A stretch of 64,000 nucleotides of DNA, taken from Macrostomum lignano. Taxonomy: Eukaryota. Each line of letters begins with the position of its first letter. The stretch's first letter is position 1. A program made the translations under genes and the position numbers. The stretch lies in contig NIVC01000591.1 of assembly GCA_002269645.1 (NCBI GenBank), positions 124,001 through 188,000 on the forward strand, given 5' to 3'. Below, one piece after another: positions 53,500 to 64,000 of this stretch. The notes beneath the pieces were generated by a model. It was given only the letters and a program-made list of their open reading frames with translations. It ran no database searches and was not told where the DNA came from.

Positions 53500-55555
53500 G
53501 GCGTAACTGGGTGGTGTTAGATAGGGAAACTATAGATAATGGGATGTTAGATAAGGAATATGGGATAATTAAAGGTGCTAGATAAGGGAACATGGGATAA
53601 TTAGGGGTGTTAGATAAGGGGACATGGGATAATTAGGGGTGTTAGATAAGGGGACATGGGATAATTGGGGGGGGGTGTTAGATAAGGGGACATGGGATAA
53701 TTGGGGGTGTTAGATAAGGGAACGTGGGATAATTTGGGGTGTTATTTAAGAGAGCATGGGATAATTAGGGATGTTAGATAAGGGGACATGGGATAATTGG
53801 GGGGGTGTTAGATAAGGTGACATGGGATAATTAGGGGTGTTAGATAAGGTGACATGGGATAATTAGGGGTGTTAGATAAGAGAACATGGGATAACTATGG
53901 GTGTTAGATAAGGGAACATGGGATAATTAGGGGTGTTAGATAAGGGAACATGGGATAACTATGGGTGTTAGATAAGGGAACATGGGATAATTAGGGGTGT
54001 TAGATAAGGTGACATGGGGATAATTAGGGGTGTTAGATAAGGGAACATGGGATAATTAGGGGTGTTGGATAAGGGGACATGGGATAACTATGGGTGTTAG
54101 ATAAGGGAACATGGGATAATTAGGGGTGTTAGATAAGGTGACATGGGGATAATTAGGGGTGTTAGATAAGAGAACATGGGATAACTATGGGTGTTAGATA
54201 AGGTGACATGGGGATAATTAGGGGTGTTAGATAAGGGAACATGGGATAATTAGGGGTGTTAGATAAGGGGACATGGGATAACTATGGGTGTTAGATAAGG
54301 GAACATGGGATAATAAGGGGTGTTAGATAAGGTGACATGGGGATAATTAGGGGTGTTAGATAAGGGAACATGGGATAATTAGGGGTGTTAGATAAGAGAA
54401 CATGGGATAACTATGGGTGTTAGATAAGGGAACATGGGATAACTATGGGTGTTAGATAAGAGAACATGGGATAACTATGGGTGTTAGATAAGGGAACATG
54501 GGATAATTGGGGGTGTTAGATAAGGGAACATGGGATAATTGGGGGTGTTAGATAAGAGAACATGGGATAACTATGGGTGTTAGATAAGGGAACATGGGAT
54601 AACTATGGGTGTTAGATAAGGGAACATGGGATAACTATGGGTGTTAGATAAGAGAACATGGGATAATTAGGGGTGTTAGATAAGGGAACATGGGATAACT
54701 ATGGGTGTTAGATAAGAGAACATGGGATAACTATGGGTGTTAGATAAGGTGACATGGGATAATTAGGGGTGTTAGATAAGGGAACATGGGATAATTGGGG
54801 GTGTTAGATAAGGGAACATGGGATAATTGGGGGTGTTAGATAAGAGAACATGGGATAACTATGGGTGTTAGATAAGGGAACATGGGATAACTATGGGTGT
54901 TAGATAAGAGAACATGGGATAACTATGGGTGTTAGATAAGGTGACATGGGATAATTAGGGGTGTTAGATAAGGGAACATGGGATAATTGGGGGTGTTAGA
55001 TAAGGGAACATGGGATAATTGGGGGTGTTAGATAAGAGAACATGGGATAACTATGGGTGTTAGATAAGGGAACATGGGATAACTATGGGTGTTAGATAAG
55101 AGAACATGGGTAACTATGGGTGTTAGATAAGGGAACATGGGATAATTGGGGGTGTTAGATAAGGGAACATGGGACAATTAGGGGTGTTAGACAAGTGAAT
55201 ATGGGATAATTGGGGGTGTTAGACAAGGGAACATGGGATAATTAGGGATGTTAGATAAGGGAACTTTGGATAATGGGGTGTTAGATAAGGGAATATGGGA
55301 TAATTAAAGGTGCTAGATAAGGGAACATGGGATAATTAGGGGTGTTAGATAAGGGGACATGGGATAATTGGATAATTGGGGGTGTTAGATAAGAGAGCAT
55401 GGGATAATTAGGGGTGTAAGATAAGGAAATATGGGATAATTGGGGGTGTTATATAAGGGAATATGGGATAATTAGGGGTGTTAGATAAGGAAACATGGGA
55501 TAATTAGGGGTGTTAGATAAGGGAACATGAGATAATTGGGGGTGTTAGATAATAG
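53500..55555. repeat. 32-bp minisatellite (GTTAGATAAGGGAACATGGGATAATTAGGGGT) filling the DDX52-DDHD1 intergenic region
   Basis: About 64 copies. Confidence 0.95.
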
Positions 55556-55726
55556 CTATATGGGCTAGATAAATACAAAAATAATTGACAATAATTGTCG
55601 AAATAATTCAATTTGAAAATGCTAGAAGATTCAAGCAGAAAATGCCTTGTACTTAAAGAGTGACAAATTTACTGCAAATTCTCAAATTCATTAGAACTAT
55701 CAAGGGTCCAGCACAGTCCTGAAGTC

Positions 55727-58700
55727 TCAAGCAGACACCGCCTCTTTGGCTCTGGCCTTGGCCTTGGCTTTGCGAATTTTTCGTCTGGCTTTCTTGGCGT
55801 CGCGAACATCGCGACGTTTTCGGTTGACCGCGCGAACTCCGCCGAACACGTGGCCCCGGCCTGCGGCCTGTTCAGCCTTTGATCTTGCCGACTCTTGCGC
55901 CTGTTCCGACTGCTTCTTGTGCTTTGCTTGCTTGTTTCCTGATTGCTGCTGCTGCTGCCTTGGTGGACGGCGTCGGTTTGAGTTGCTTGGCAACAGAGCG
56001 TACAAGTCGGGATTCACCTGTTGAAGGGGTTTTAAGGAATGAAAATGTTATTATCGTGATTCCTGTACATTCCGATCTTGTGAATATGATTAGGGATCTT
56101 GTGAATTTGATTAAGGATCTTGTGAATATGATTAGGGATCTTGTGAATATGATTAAGGATCTTGTGAATCTGATTAGCGTTTTTATGAATATGATTAGGG
56201 ATCTTGTGAATTTGATTAAGGATCTAGTGAATATGATTAGGGATCTTGTGAATTTGATTAAGGATCTAGTGAATATGATTAGGGATCTTGTGAATTTGAT
56301 TAAGGATCTTGTGAATATGATTAGGGATCTTGTGAATTTGATTAAGGATCTTGTGAATTTGATTAAGGATCTTGTGAATTTGATTAAGGATCTTGTGAAT
56401 TTGATTAAAGATCTTGTGAATCTGATAAGGGATCTTGTGAATCTCATTTAGGATCTTGTGAATCTGATTAGGGTTCTTATGAATATGATTAGGGATCTTG
56501 TGAATTTGATTAAGGATCTTGTGAATATGATAAGGGATCTTGTGAATATGATTAGGGATCTTGTGAATCTGATTAGGGATCTTGTGAATCTGATTAATTT
56601 TCTTGTGACTCAATTAGGGATCCTAATAATCCGATTAGGGATCCTGATAATCCGATTAGGGATCCTGATAATCCGATTAGGGATCCTGATAATCCGATTA
56701 AGGATCCTGATAATCCTATTAGGGATCCTGATAATCCGATTAGGGATCCTGATAATCCGATTAGGGATCCTGATAATCCCAATAGGGATCCTGATAATCC
56801 GATTAGGGATCCTGATAATCCCATTAGGGATCCTGATAATCCGATTAAGGATCCTGATAATCCAATTTGGGATAATAATTATTAAAATCCCACCTGGCAA
56901 CCGCTGTTCTTCATCACCGCCAGCACAGGTCTGAGATTAGGCAGATCCCGCTTCTCCCACAGGCTGACGGCCAGACCCCGACGGCCGGCCCTGCCGCAGC
57001 GGCCAATGCGATGAATGTACTCTCGGCTAGCCGTCGGCAGATCGTAATTAATCACCATAGCAACGCTGGGAAAGTCCATACCGCGAGCCATCAGGTCTGT
57101 ACTGACCAAAGCCGGTAGGCGACCTTCGCGAAATTTGCGTAGCAGTTTGTCTCGCGTCTCCTGAGGCCTGCCGGCGGTCACCGAGTCCACCTGGAGGCCC
57201 TGGTCCCTCAGCAGCTGGCACAGCTCGCTTGCTCGCTGCCGAGTGTGCACGAATATCAGCAGGGGGTACTGCAGGTCGCCTCGGGCGAACATAGTCTTGA
57301 TCTCGTGAGCTTTGCCTGCGATGAGATTGACGGTGATGAGATTAGATATGATTAAAGATACGATTAGAGGGTGAAATCAGATTGGAGTTGATTGAGATGG
57401 AAGGTGAGATTAGATAAGAGAATACCTGAGAGATGTAGAGCGAGATTAGATTGGAAACGCTTGAGATCGAGGATGAGATTGGATTGAAGATTTTAGATTT
57501 TAGGGTGGGATTAGATCTGAGATGCTTCTCAGGTGGAGGGTAAGAGTAGATAATACATGTTTGGGATGGAGGATAAGATTAGATAAGAGATGCTTGAGAT
57601 GAAGGATGAGATTAGAGAAGACATGCTTGATGTGGAGGATGAGATTAGATTAAAGATGTCCGGGATGGACAGTGAGATTAGATTATAGAAGAGAATGTGC
57701 TCAAGATGGTGAGATTAGATAAGAGATGCTTGATGTGGAGGATGAGATTAGATAAGAGATGCTTGATGTGGAGGATGAGATTAGATAAGAGATTCTTGAT
57801 GTGGAGGATGAGATTAGATAAGAGATGCTTGATGTGGAGGATGAGATTAGATAAGAGATATTTGATGTGGAGAATTAGATTAGTAAGAAATGCTTAGGAT
57901 GGGGGTGAGATTTTTGTAGTTTAGAGATACTCGAGATAGAAAGTTGGTAAAACTAGATTTACGATAATGAGAAAGAAGAATCAAGAGTTGATAAAAAAGA
58001 CAAGCCTTGATTACCAGCTTCATTAGAGCAGAACACCAGTTTCTGGTCAATAGTGTTGGTGGCCGCCTGCTTCGGTCCAACACGCACAATGGCCAGGCGG
58101 TCGAAATTCTCGCGGCAGAACTGCTCCACTGCCGGGTGGGCCGTGGCGCTTAACAGGGCGCGGGACAGCTGGGGGTGGCCGCATCTGGAGTGTTGGGTAG
58201 GGGCGAGGGGCGTCGTTTATTGTTGAGGAGTTTCGTCGTATTTTTAGGATAACTGTTCGGTCTACCAACATTCCCTGTCTACCCATGCCACTACTCTGCA
58301 CGCCTCCAGTCTGCAAACCCCTACTCTGCCCACCCCTGCTCTGCACACCCCTGCTCTGCACGCCCTTACTCTGCACGCCCCTGCTCTGCACACCCCTGCT
58401 CTGCACACCCCTACTCTGCACACCCCTGCTCTGCACACTCCTGCTCTGCACACCCCTGCTCTGCACGCCCTTACTGTGCACGCCCCTACTCTGCACACCC
58501 CTGCTCTGCACACCCCTGCTCTGCACACCCCTGCTCTGCACACCCCTACTCTGCACACCCCTGCTCTGCACACCCCTGCTCTGAACGCCCTTACTCTGCA
58601 CGCCCCTGCTCTGCACACCCCTGCTCTGCACACCCCTACTCTGCACACCCCTGCTCTGCACACCCCTGCTCTGCACACCCCTGCTCTGCACACCCCTGCT

Positions 58701-60631
58701 CTGCACACCCCTACTCTGCACGCCTTTACTCTGCACACCCCTGCTCTGCACACCCCTGCTCTGCACGCCCTTATTGTGCACACCCCTGCTCTGCACACCC
58801 CTACTCTGCACGCCCTTACTCTGCACACCCCTGCTCTGCACACCCTTGCTCTGCACGCCCTTACTCTGCACACCCCTACTCTGCACACCCCTGTTCTGCA
58901 CACCCCTGCTCTGCACACCCCTGCTCTGCACACCCCTGCTCTGCACGCCCTTATTGTGCACACCCCTGCTCTGCACACCTCTACTCTGCACGCCCTTACT
59001 CTGCACACCCCTGCTCTGCACACCCCTACTCTGCACACCCCTGCTCTGCACACCCCTACTCTGCACGCCTTTACTCTGCACACCCCTACTCTACACACCC
59101 CTACTCTGCACGCCCTACTCTGCACACCCCTACTCCGCACGCCCCTACTCTGCACAAACCTGGAGCAGATGGCTCCTAATTGGTCGGCAAATCCCCGAGG
59201 TCCTTCATCGCGCAGCAGCCGGTCGGCTTCATCCAGCACCAGGTAGCGCACCGAGTCCAATCCCTCCGCTTGCAGCGGCCCGCCCGCGGTCAGCAGATGC
59301 ACCAGACGCTGAGGCGTTGACACCAGCATGTCGGCGCTGCGAACCTGTTCAACAGCGGCAGTCTGGCCCGAGTCGCCGTCAATATCCGAGGTGAGCAGTC
59401 GGACTCGATAGTCTGGCAGACCCTGCACCAGCTGCTTGGCACTGTGAACTACCTGGCAGTGAGTCAGACAAAATAATAATAAGACCACTAAATATTGTAC
59501 TGGGAAAAATAGGCCCAATACTAAATTTATTGGGCCACTGTATCTTCCACTACCTCAAAGGGGTTGGCAAACTTTTGTACTTTAGGGGCCAGATAAAGAA
59601 TCCAGCTCATGGCTTCGGGCCAGATAAGAGAAGATATGAAGCGAGAGATATGAAAAGAGAAAAGATAGAAGTGGAGAGAAGAGGGAGAAAATAAGAGAGC
59701 GGAGAGCTTAGAGAGGGGAGAGAGTAGAGAGAGGGGAGAGGAGAGAAGAGAGAAGAGGAGAGAATAGAGGGAGAGGACGGAGAGGAGAGGAGAGTGTAGA
59801 GAGGAGATAGGAGGGGAGAGAGGGAGAAGAGAGATGAGAGAGGGAGAAGAGAGATGAGAGAGATGAAAGAGGGGAGAAGAGAGAGGAGACAGGAGAGAGG
59901 GGAGAAGGGAGAGGAGAGATAGGGAGGGGAGAGTAGAGAGAGAGAGGGAAGAGAGAGGAGACAGGAGAGATGAGAGAGGAGAGAAAGAAGAGAGAAGGGA
60001 AAGGGGACTAGGAGAGGAGAGAAGAGAAGAGACACAAACCTTGAGCGGGGTGGACTGCAATTGTGAAGCTTCAAAGAACCCAAGGGCCGGGCCTCGAGTG
60101 AGGCTTCGAGGGCTGAATGTGACACGCGAGTCGGAGTTTGCCAACCCCTGCTCTATCCAATTATAGGACCACTGCATTTTCCAACCTGAAGTTACCAACC
60201 TGTTTAGCCAGATCAACAGTAGGCAGCAACACCAGCGCTGCTGGCTTATTCCTTGCACCGCTAGCATTATCGGCAACCAAGTTGGACTGATCAATCCAAG
60301 TTTTAGCCACAATAGGCAGCAGGTAAGCCAGTGACTTGCCACTACCAGTTGGTGCATAGGCCAGTACATTCCTGGACTGCATTAGCACTGGTACGCATTG
60401 CATTTGAATCGGTGTGGGCTCCTGATACTGCAGTCTGACAGTGATATTATGCAACAGTTTAGTTGGCAAGCCAAGGCTGCTAAACATTGAATCGAAATTC
60501 TCTTCAGGCTGAGGAATCTCATCGCCAACAACGCGAATATAGTGGCGCTTGCGCAGGCCTTCAATTGCACTCATACTACTACTAGTAGCATTGGCAGTAG
60601 TAGACAATTTTGAGTAAGTTTTGTTTTTCAT
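55727..60631 (-). CDS. DDX52: DEAD-box RNA helicase DDX52/ROK1; exons 60200-60631, 59160-59452, 58015-58184, 56894-57315, 55727-56017
   Basis: Q-motif PTPIQ, Walker [71 protein letters not shown] and [19 protein letters not shown] are ROK1-like. Phase-compatible GT-AG introns. An extra 5' exon cannot be excluded. Confidence 0.92.
56070..56872. repeat. Two adjacent 21-bp minisatellites (GATCTTGTGAATTTGATTAAG; GGATCCTGATAATCCGATTAG), last DDX52 intron
   Basis: Arrays at 56070-56600 and 56620-56872. Confidence 0.93.
57320..57900. repeat. Degenerate 33-bp minisatellite (GATGAGATTAGATAAGAGATGCTTGATGTGGAG), DDX52 intron
   Basis: Directly visible. Confidence 0.85.
58288..59155. repeat. 15-bp minisatellite (CTCTGCACACCCCTG), DDX52 intron
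   Basis: About 58 copies abutting the donor at 59159. Confidence 0.95.
59635..60035. repeat. GA-rich low-complexity tract, DDX52 intron 1
   Basis: Directly visible. Confidence 0.9.
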
Positions 60632-60789
60632 GTCTGACCAATGAGTCTCATGAAATTGGTAGCTCAACACAAGTTAAAATGTCCGCTGGTGTTGTCCTGT
60701 GTTTTCAATATTGCCAATGCTAAAAAACTGTCACTCAGAAATTGGTCGAGGTAAGTAAGCCACATTGCTGTAATGAACTGACCCTCATT

Positions 60790-62250
60790 TGGAAAATTTG
60801 TCTGGTCACTTGAGAAGTTCAGCAAAGGATAAACTGGTGAATCGAACTCTCAGTGAGAAGCTGGTGGAAAGAGATTCGACAATAATGCTGAAGAGGGCCA
60901 AAGGAGGCAGGTCAGGTGTCATGGAGCTTCTAAACCAAGATCTGCAAGCTTACCAACATTCCTATCAACTATGATGAAGCTGAAAATCTCTCTGGGCCTC
61001 AGCAATTGCCAGATGCTACAAGCTGCCAAAGTTTTGCGATAGGGAGCTAGATCTGCAATTGCTGTCCAATCCAACCTAGTGGCACACCTGGTCAAGCAGG
61101 GTCAGCTCTTGCAACAGTTCTTTGGTATAGTGCAGCTAGATATTGGTAAGAAGCAATTGTCTCCCGCAGTGATCAATACTGATATGCAAGCATTTGTTGA
61201 GAAAGTTGCCAGTGATTGAAAGTTAACTGAGTTTCAAGTCAAACTTGGCTTGAATGGCAGTGGCAGCTTCTTTAAAGTCTGCATAAGTCTGATGTTGCAG
61301 CAAGATAGCAGTGCAGATATGCAATTTAAGGACTTATGTGTCAAGAAGAGGATACTGCTGGCTATAGTTCCTGACATGCATGGGTGATACAAGAGCATCA
61401 GGGCTGTCTTTGAGACTCTAGATTTTGAGGGAGTCGCACTGGAGTGTAGCTGCTGATATGAAAGTTGCTAATATTATTTGTGGCCTACAGTTGCATGCAT
61501 CAGCTCATCCCTGTTGCTACTATGAGGCGGCAGTTTTGCTTGCCTCTTGTGGCACCATGCAAACGATCGGACAGATTCGGCAGATGGCAGCAGAATATGC
61601 AAACAGTGGCAGCTCCAAGGTAAGTGCCAAGCATTTCCAAAACTGCGTGGGTGAGCTGCTGCTTTTGGTAGATGACGATGTCAAGATTCTGCAAGTGCTT
61701 CCACCCCCAGAAATACACCTGATGCTGGGAATCACTAATTGTGTATTTGACTCATTAAATACAGCTTGGGGTGACAACCACATATTTCATTGGGCTAGTG
61801 AATGCAGCATTGTCAGAGTCAGCTATTGAGGTGGGTCCATGGAGGAAAATGCATGTGGCATTCTGTTGCATAAGGCACAGGAGCTGTACAACACCCTGCC
61901 CAACAATTTGCGGTCATATGCCACCTGCTTAAAAAAGTTGGATGCCATAGTCAGCAGTTGTTTTGGCTTGCAGCTGCAGCCAAATTTGAAAAACAAAATT
62001 CATCCTGGCATACAAAGCTAAACCTGGCCATGTCTCAAAGGTCCACATGCTGTTGCAACATGTGTTGGCCTTCTGTATTGGCACCAGTGGCTATGCTCTC
62101 GGAAAGTTTAATGAGCAGGCCTTTGAGTCAGTCCATCATGATTTTAAGCTCACGTGGCAAAGGTACACAAAGCTGGTTTAGTATCCCGAATATGCAGTCA
62201 TAGATGCCTTTCTACAGGCTGTGGTTGCCTACAATAGCTTCTATTTATGA
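60790..62250 (+). pseudogene. Decayed DDE transposase of Transib/RAG1/Chapaev-like type
   Basis: Fragments across stops and frameshifts: VKLGLNGSGSFFKVCISL (first D site read as N), ADMKVANIICGLQLHASAHPCC, PPPEIHLMLG, SY*GGSMEEN, VSSCFG, LGKFNEQAFESVHHDF. The superfamily assignment comes from recalled motif order only. Confidence 0.6.
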
Positions 62251-64000
62251 CATTGACCATGTTAATTACTGTTGTCTGTTTGTGTATTATGTTGGTTTAA
62301 AGAAAATTATGTTGAGATTGTAGAGTGCCGAGTCCTAAACTAAATATAGTAACAAGCAAAAAAGGCAAAAAAAATAATATTTTCTACAAAAGCAAAAGCC
62401 ATTATAGTCATTATTACACAATGCACTCTAGATAATTAGCAGAAATTTAGTAGCCAATGATTGTAGGAAGATAGTAGCAAAATGTGCATAGCCAAAGGGA
62501 AAAGAATGTACTTAAGAGAATACATTAATACTTTTTAGTGTGCAATTCTACTGCCATATGTATTTTTTGTTTAACAGTCAGTATCTTATAGTTATGCAAA
62601 GAAACAAGAATGTATGCCTCTATGAAATCTAACTGTTTGATACTTTGATTAAAATATAATGACTGCTAAAAATGAAGACAGACACCCTGATTTCAATCAG
62701 TAATGAAAAAATTCCTTTAAGTGTGTCTTTACTGTAAAGGTATATTTTGCTTTAGTTATTTATGATGTTTCTTTGTAAATGTGGTAAAAATTTTGAATAG
62801 CTTCCATCTTTTGTTTAGCATGCTAATTACCTTTTTCAAAACTAGAATCAGTTTGAATTGGAGAAAATAATATATTGTTGTCCAATCCAATATTGTTCAA
62901 TTTCTAGTAAAACTAAAGCTGCAATCATTAAACATATTGTTCAATTCCATAACAATCTTACAGAAGGTCCTGAAGAAGACAGTGTATTTGAACTGAAACC
63001 CAAGGAATCTATGACTATAGGTTTAGAATCATTTCAGACTAATCCATTGGCTTCAATTTCTAGTAATGATACTATATCCTCAACAGATTCTAGGGAGTCT
63101 AATGTTATCAATGATTTTAATGTTTAAAATAAAATCCCATCCTATTCAAATGATCTATCACAAAGTACCTATAACAGATGTAAGCCTATCTAATTTGAGT
63201 TTTATTAAGAAGACAGAAAGTGCATGGTAATTAAGAGAAGATTTGAAAGAAAGTATTGCACAAGATATTGTTCATTTTTTATAATATTTTATATTTTATA
63301 ATATTTTATAATAATATATTAGCTTAAAAAATTGAATCTATTGAAAAGTTTTTATATCTAGATACATTTTTGATACTTGTTTTGATATATTAGTTAGTGA
63401 AGCTCGACTTATGGGATATATCAAGCCAAGTTTCCATTTGTAGATTAAAAGCTACAGCCCATTAAAATCCCAACATAGGATATAAAGAATGATATTATAT
63501 ATGTTCCAATTGGAAATAGTATTGAAGCAGCATTAAAAAATATTGATTTTATAAAATTGGTTTTAGAAAGTGAATTGTCAAGTAAGTCTCCTTTTTGTAT
63601 TAGTCAATACTTTAAAGAATATATTGCCCCTTTAATTAAAGACATGAATTGAATTAAATTGAATTGACTTAATTGAAGACAATTGATTGCTAGAAATGGA
63701 TTCATGCTTTATCAATTTAAGCAAAGGTGCTTAATCCAAACAATTTTTTGGATTGCAGCTGTCTTGTCAGCATTATTCAGGAGTCAAATCATTGGACGGG
63801 AGTCCGCATGTCAATGAGCATTGTGAAAACTGAGTTGACAATCGAGTCCATTTTTGATACATCATGGACTTTCTAGCCTTGGATTTGAAACATGATTGGC
63901 AAATGGAAAATGTCAATGAGACTGTTGAAATTTTTCTGAAGCTCCAAAATCCAAAGCAGGCTACTAATCAATTGATTAGGTCTGGTTAGCATTCTGCCAA

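Noticed and set aside
55872-56934. Heptad (DLVNLIK, LGILIIR) ORFs resembling leucine zippers
   Set aside because: They are 21-bp minisatellites inside the last DDX52 intron, on the antisense strand or spliced out.
62858-64000. Fragmentary coding-like sequence, possibly another TE relic
   Set aside because: It is AT-rich with many stops, and no motif could be assigned with confidence.

Overview
Eukaryotic (animal) genomic DNA with spliceosomal GT-AG introns. About 55% of the window (roughly 36 kb by manual tally) is micro/minisatellite, so most long ORFs in the six-frame track are repeat artefacts. The satellite-filled introns and GC-rich exons resemble the flatworm Macrostomum, but that is an unverified inference. 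Contents: (1) 1.5-18.9 kb: an inverted, tail-to-tail duplication of a 3-exon gene for a 92-aa TTP/ZFP36-type tandem CCCH zinc-finger protein, around a 12-kb G-rich satellite with higher-order repeats. (2) 21.8-60.6 kb: five head-to-tail minus-strand genes, 5' to 3': DDX52/ROK1, DDHD1 phospholipase, SMIM12, a MIA40/CHCHD4-like gene and a PGAP4/TMEM246-like gene. Each ATG follows a splice-acceptor-like AG, so this is a candidate trans-spliced operon. (3) A very recent Mag-like Ty3/Gypsy LTR element (near-identical LTRs, 5-bp TSD, one in-frame stop) inside a minisatellite in the last DDHD1 intron. (4) A tRNA/CORE-type SINE. (5) A decayed Transib/RAG1/Chapaev-like transposase. The most interesting points are the palindromic mini-TTP pair with an ARE in its own 3' UTR, the candidate operon, a MIA40 with a CGC active site and no inner disulfide, and a PGAP4-like protein lacking its acidic catalytic motif. 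All exon models and homologies come from manual reading and recalled family motifs; no database searches were run.
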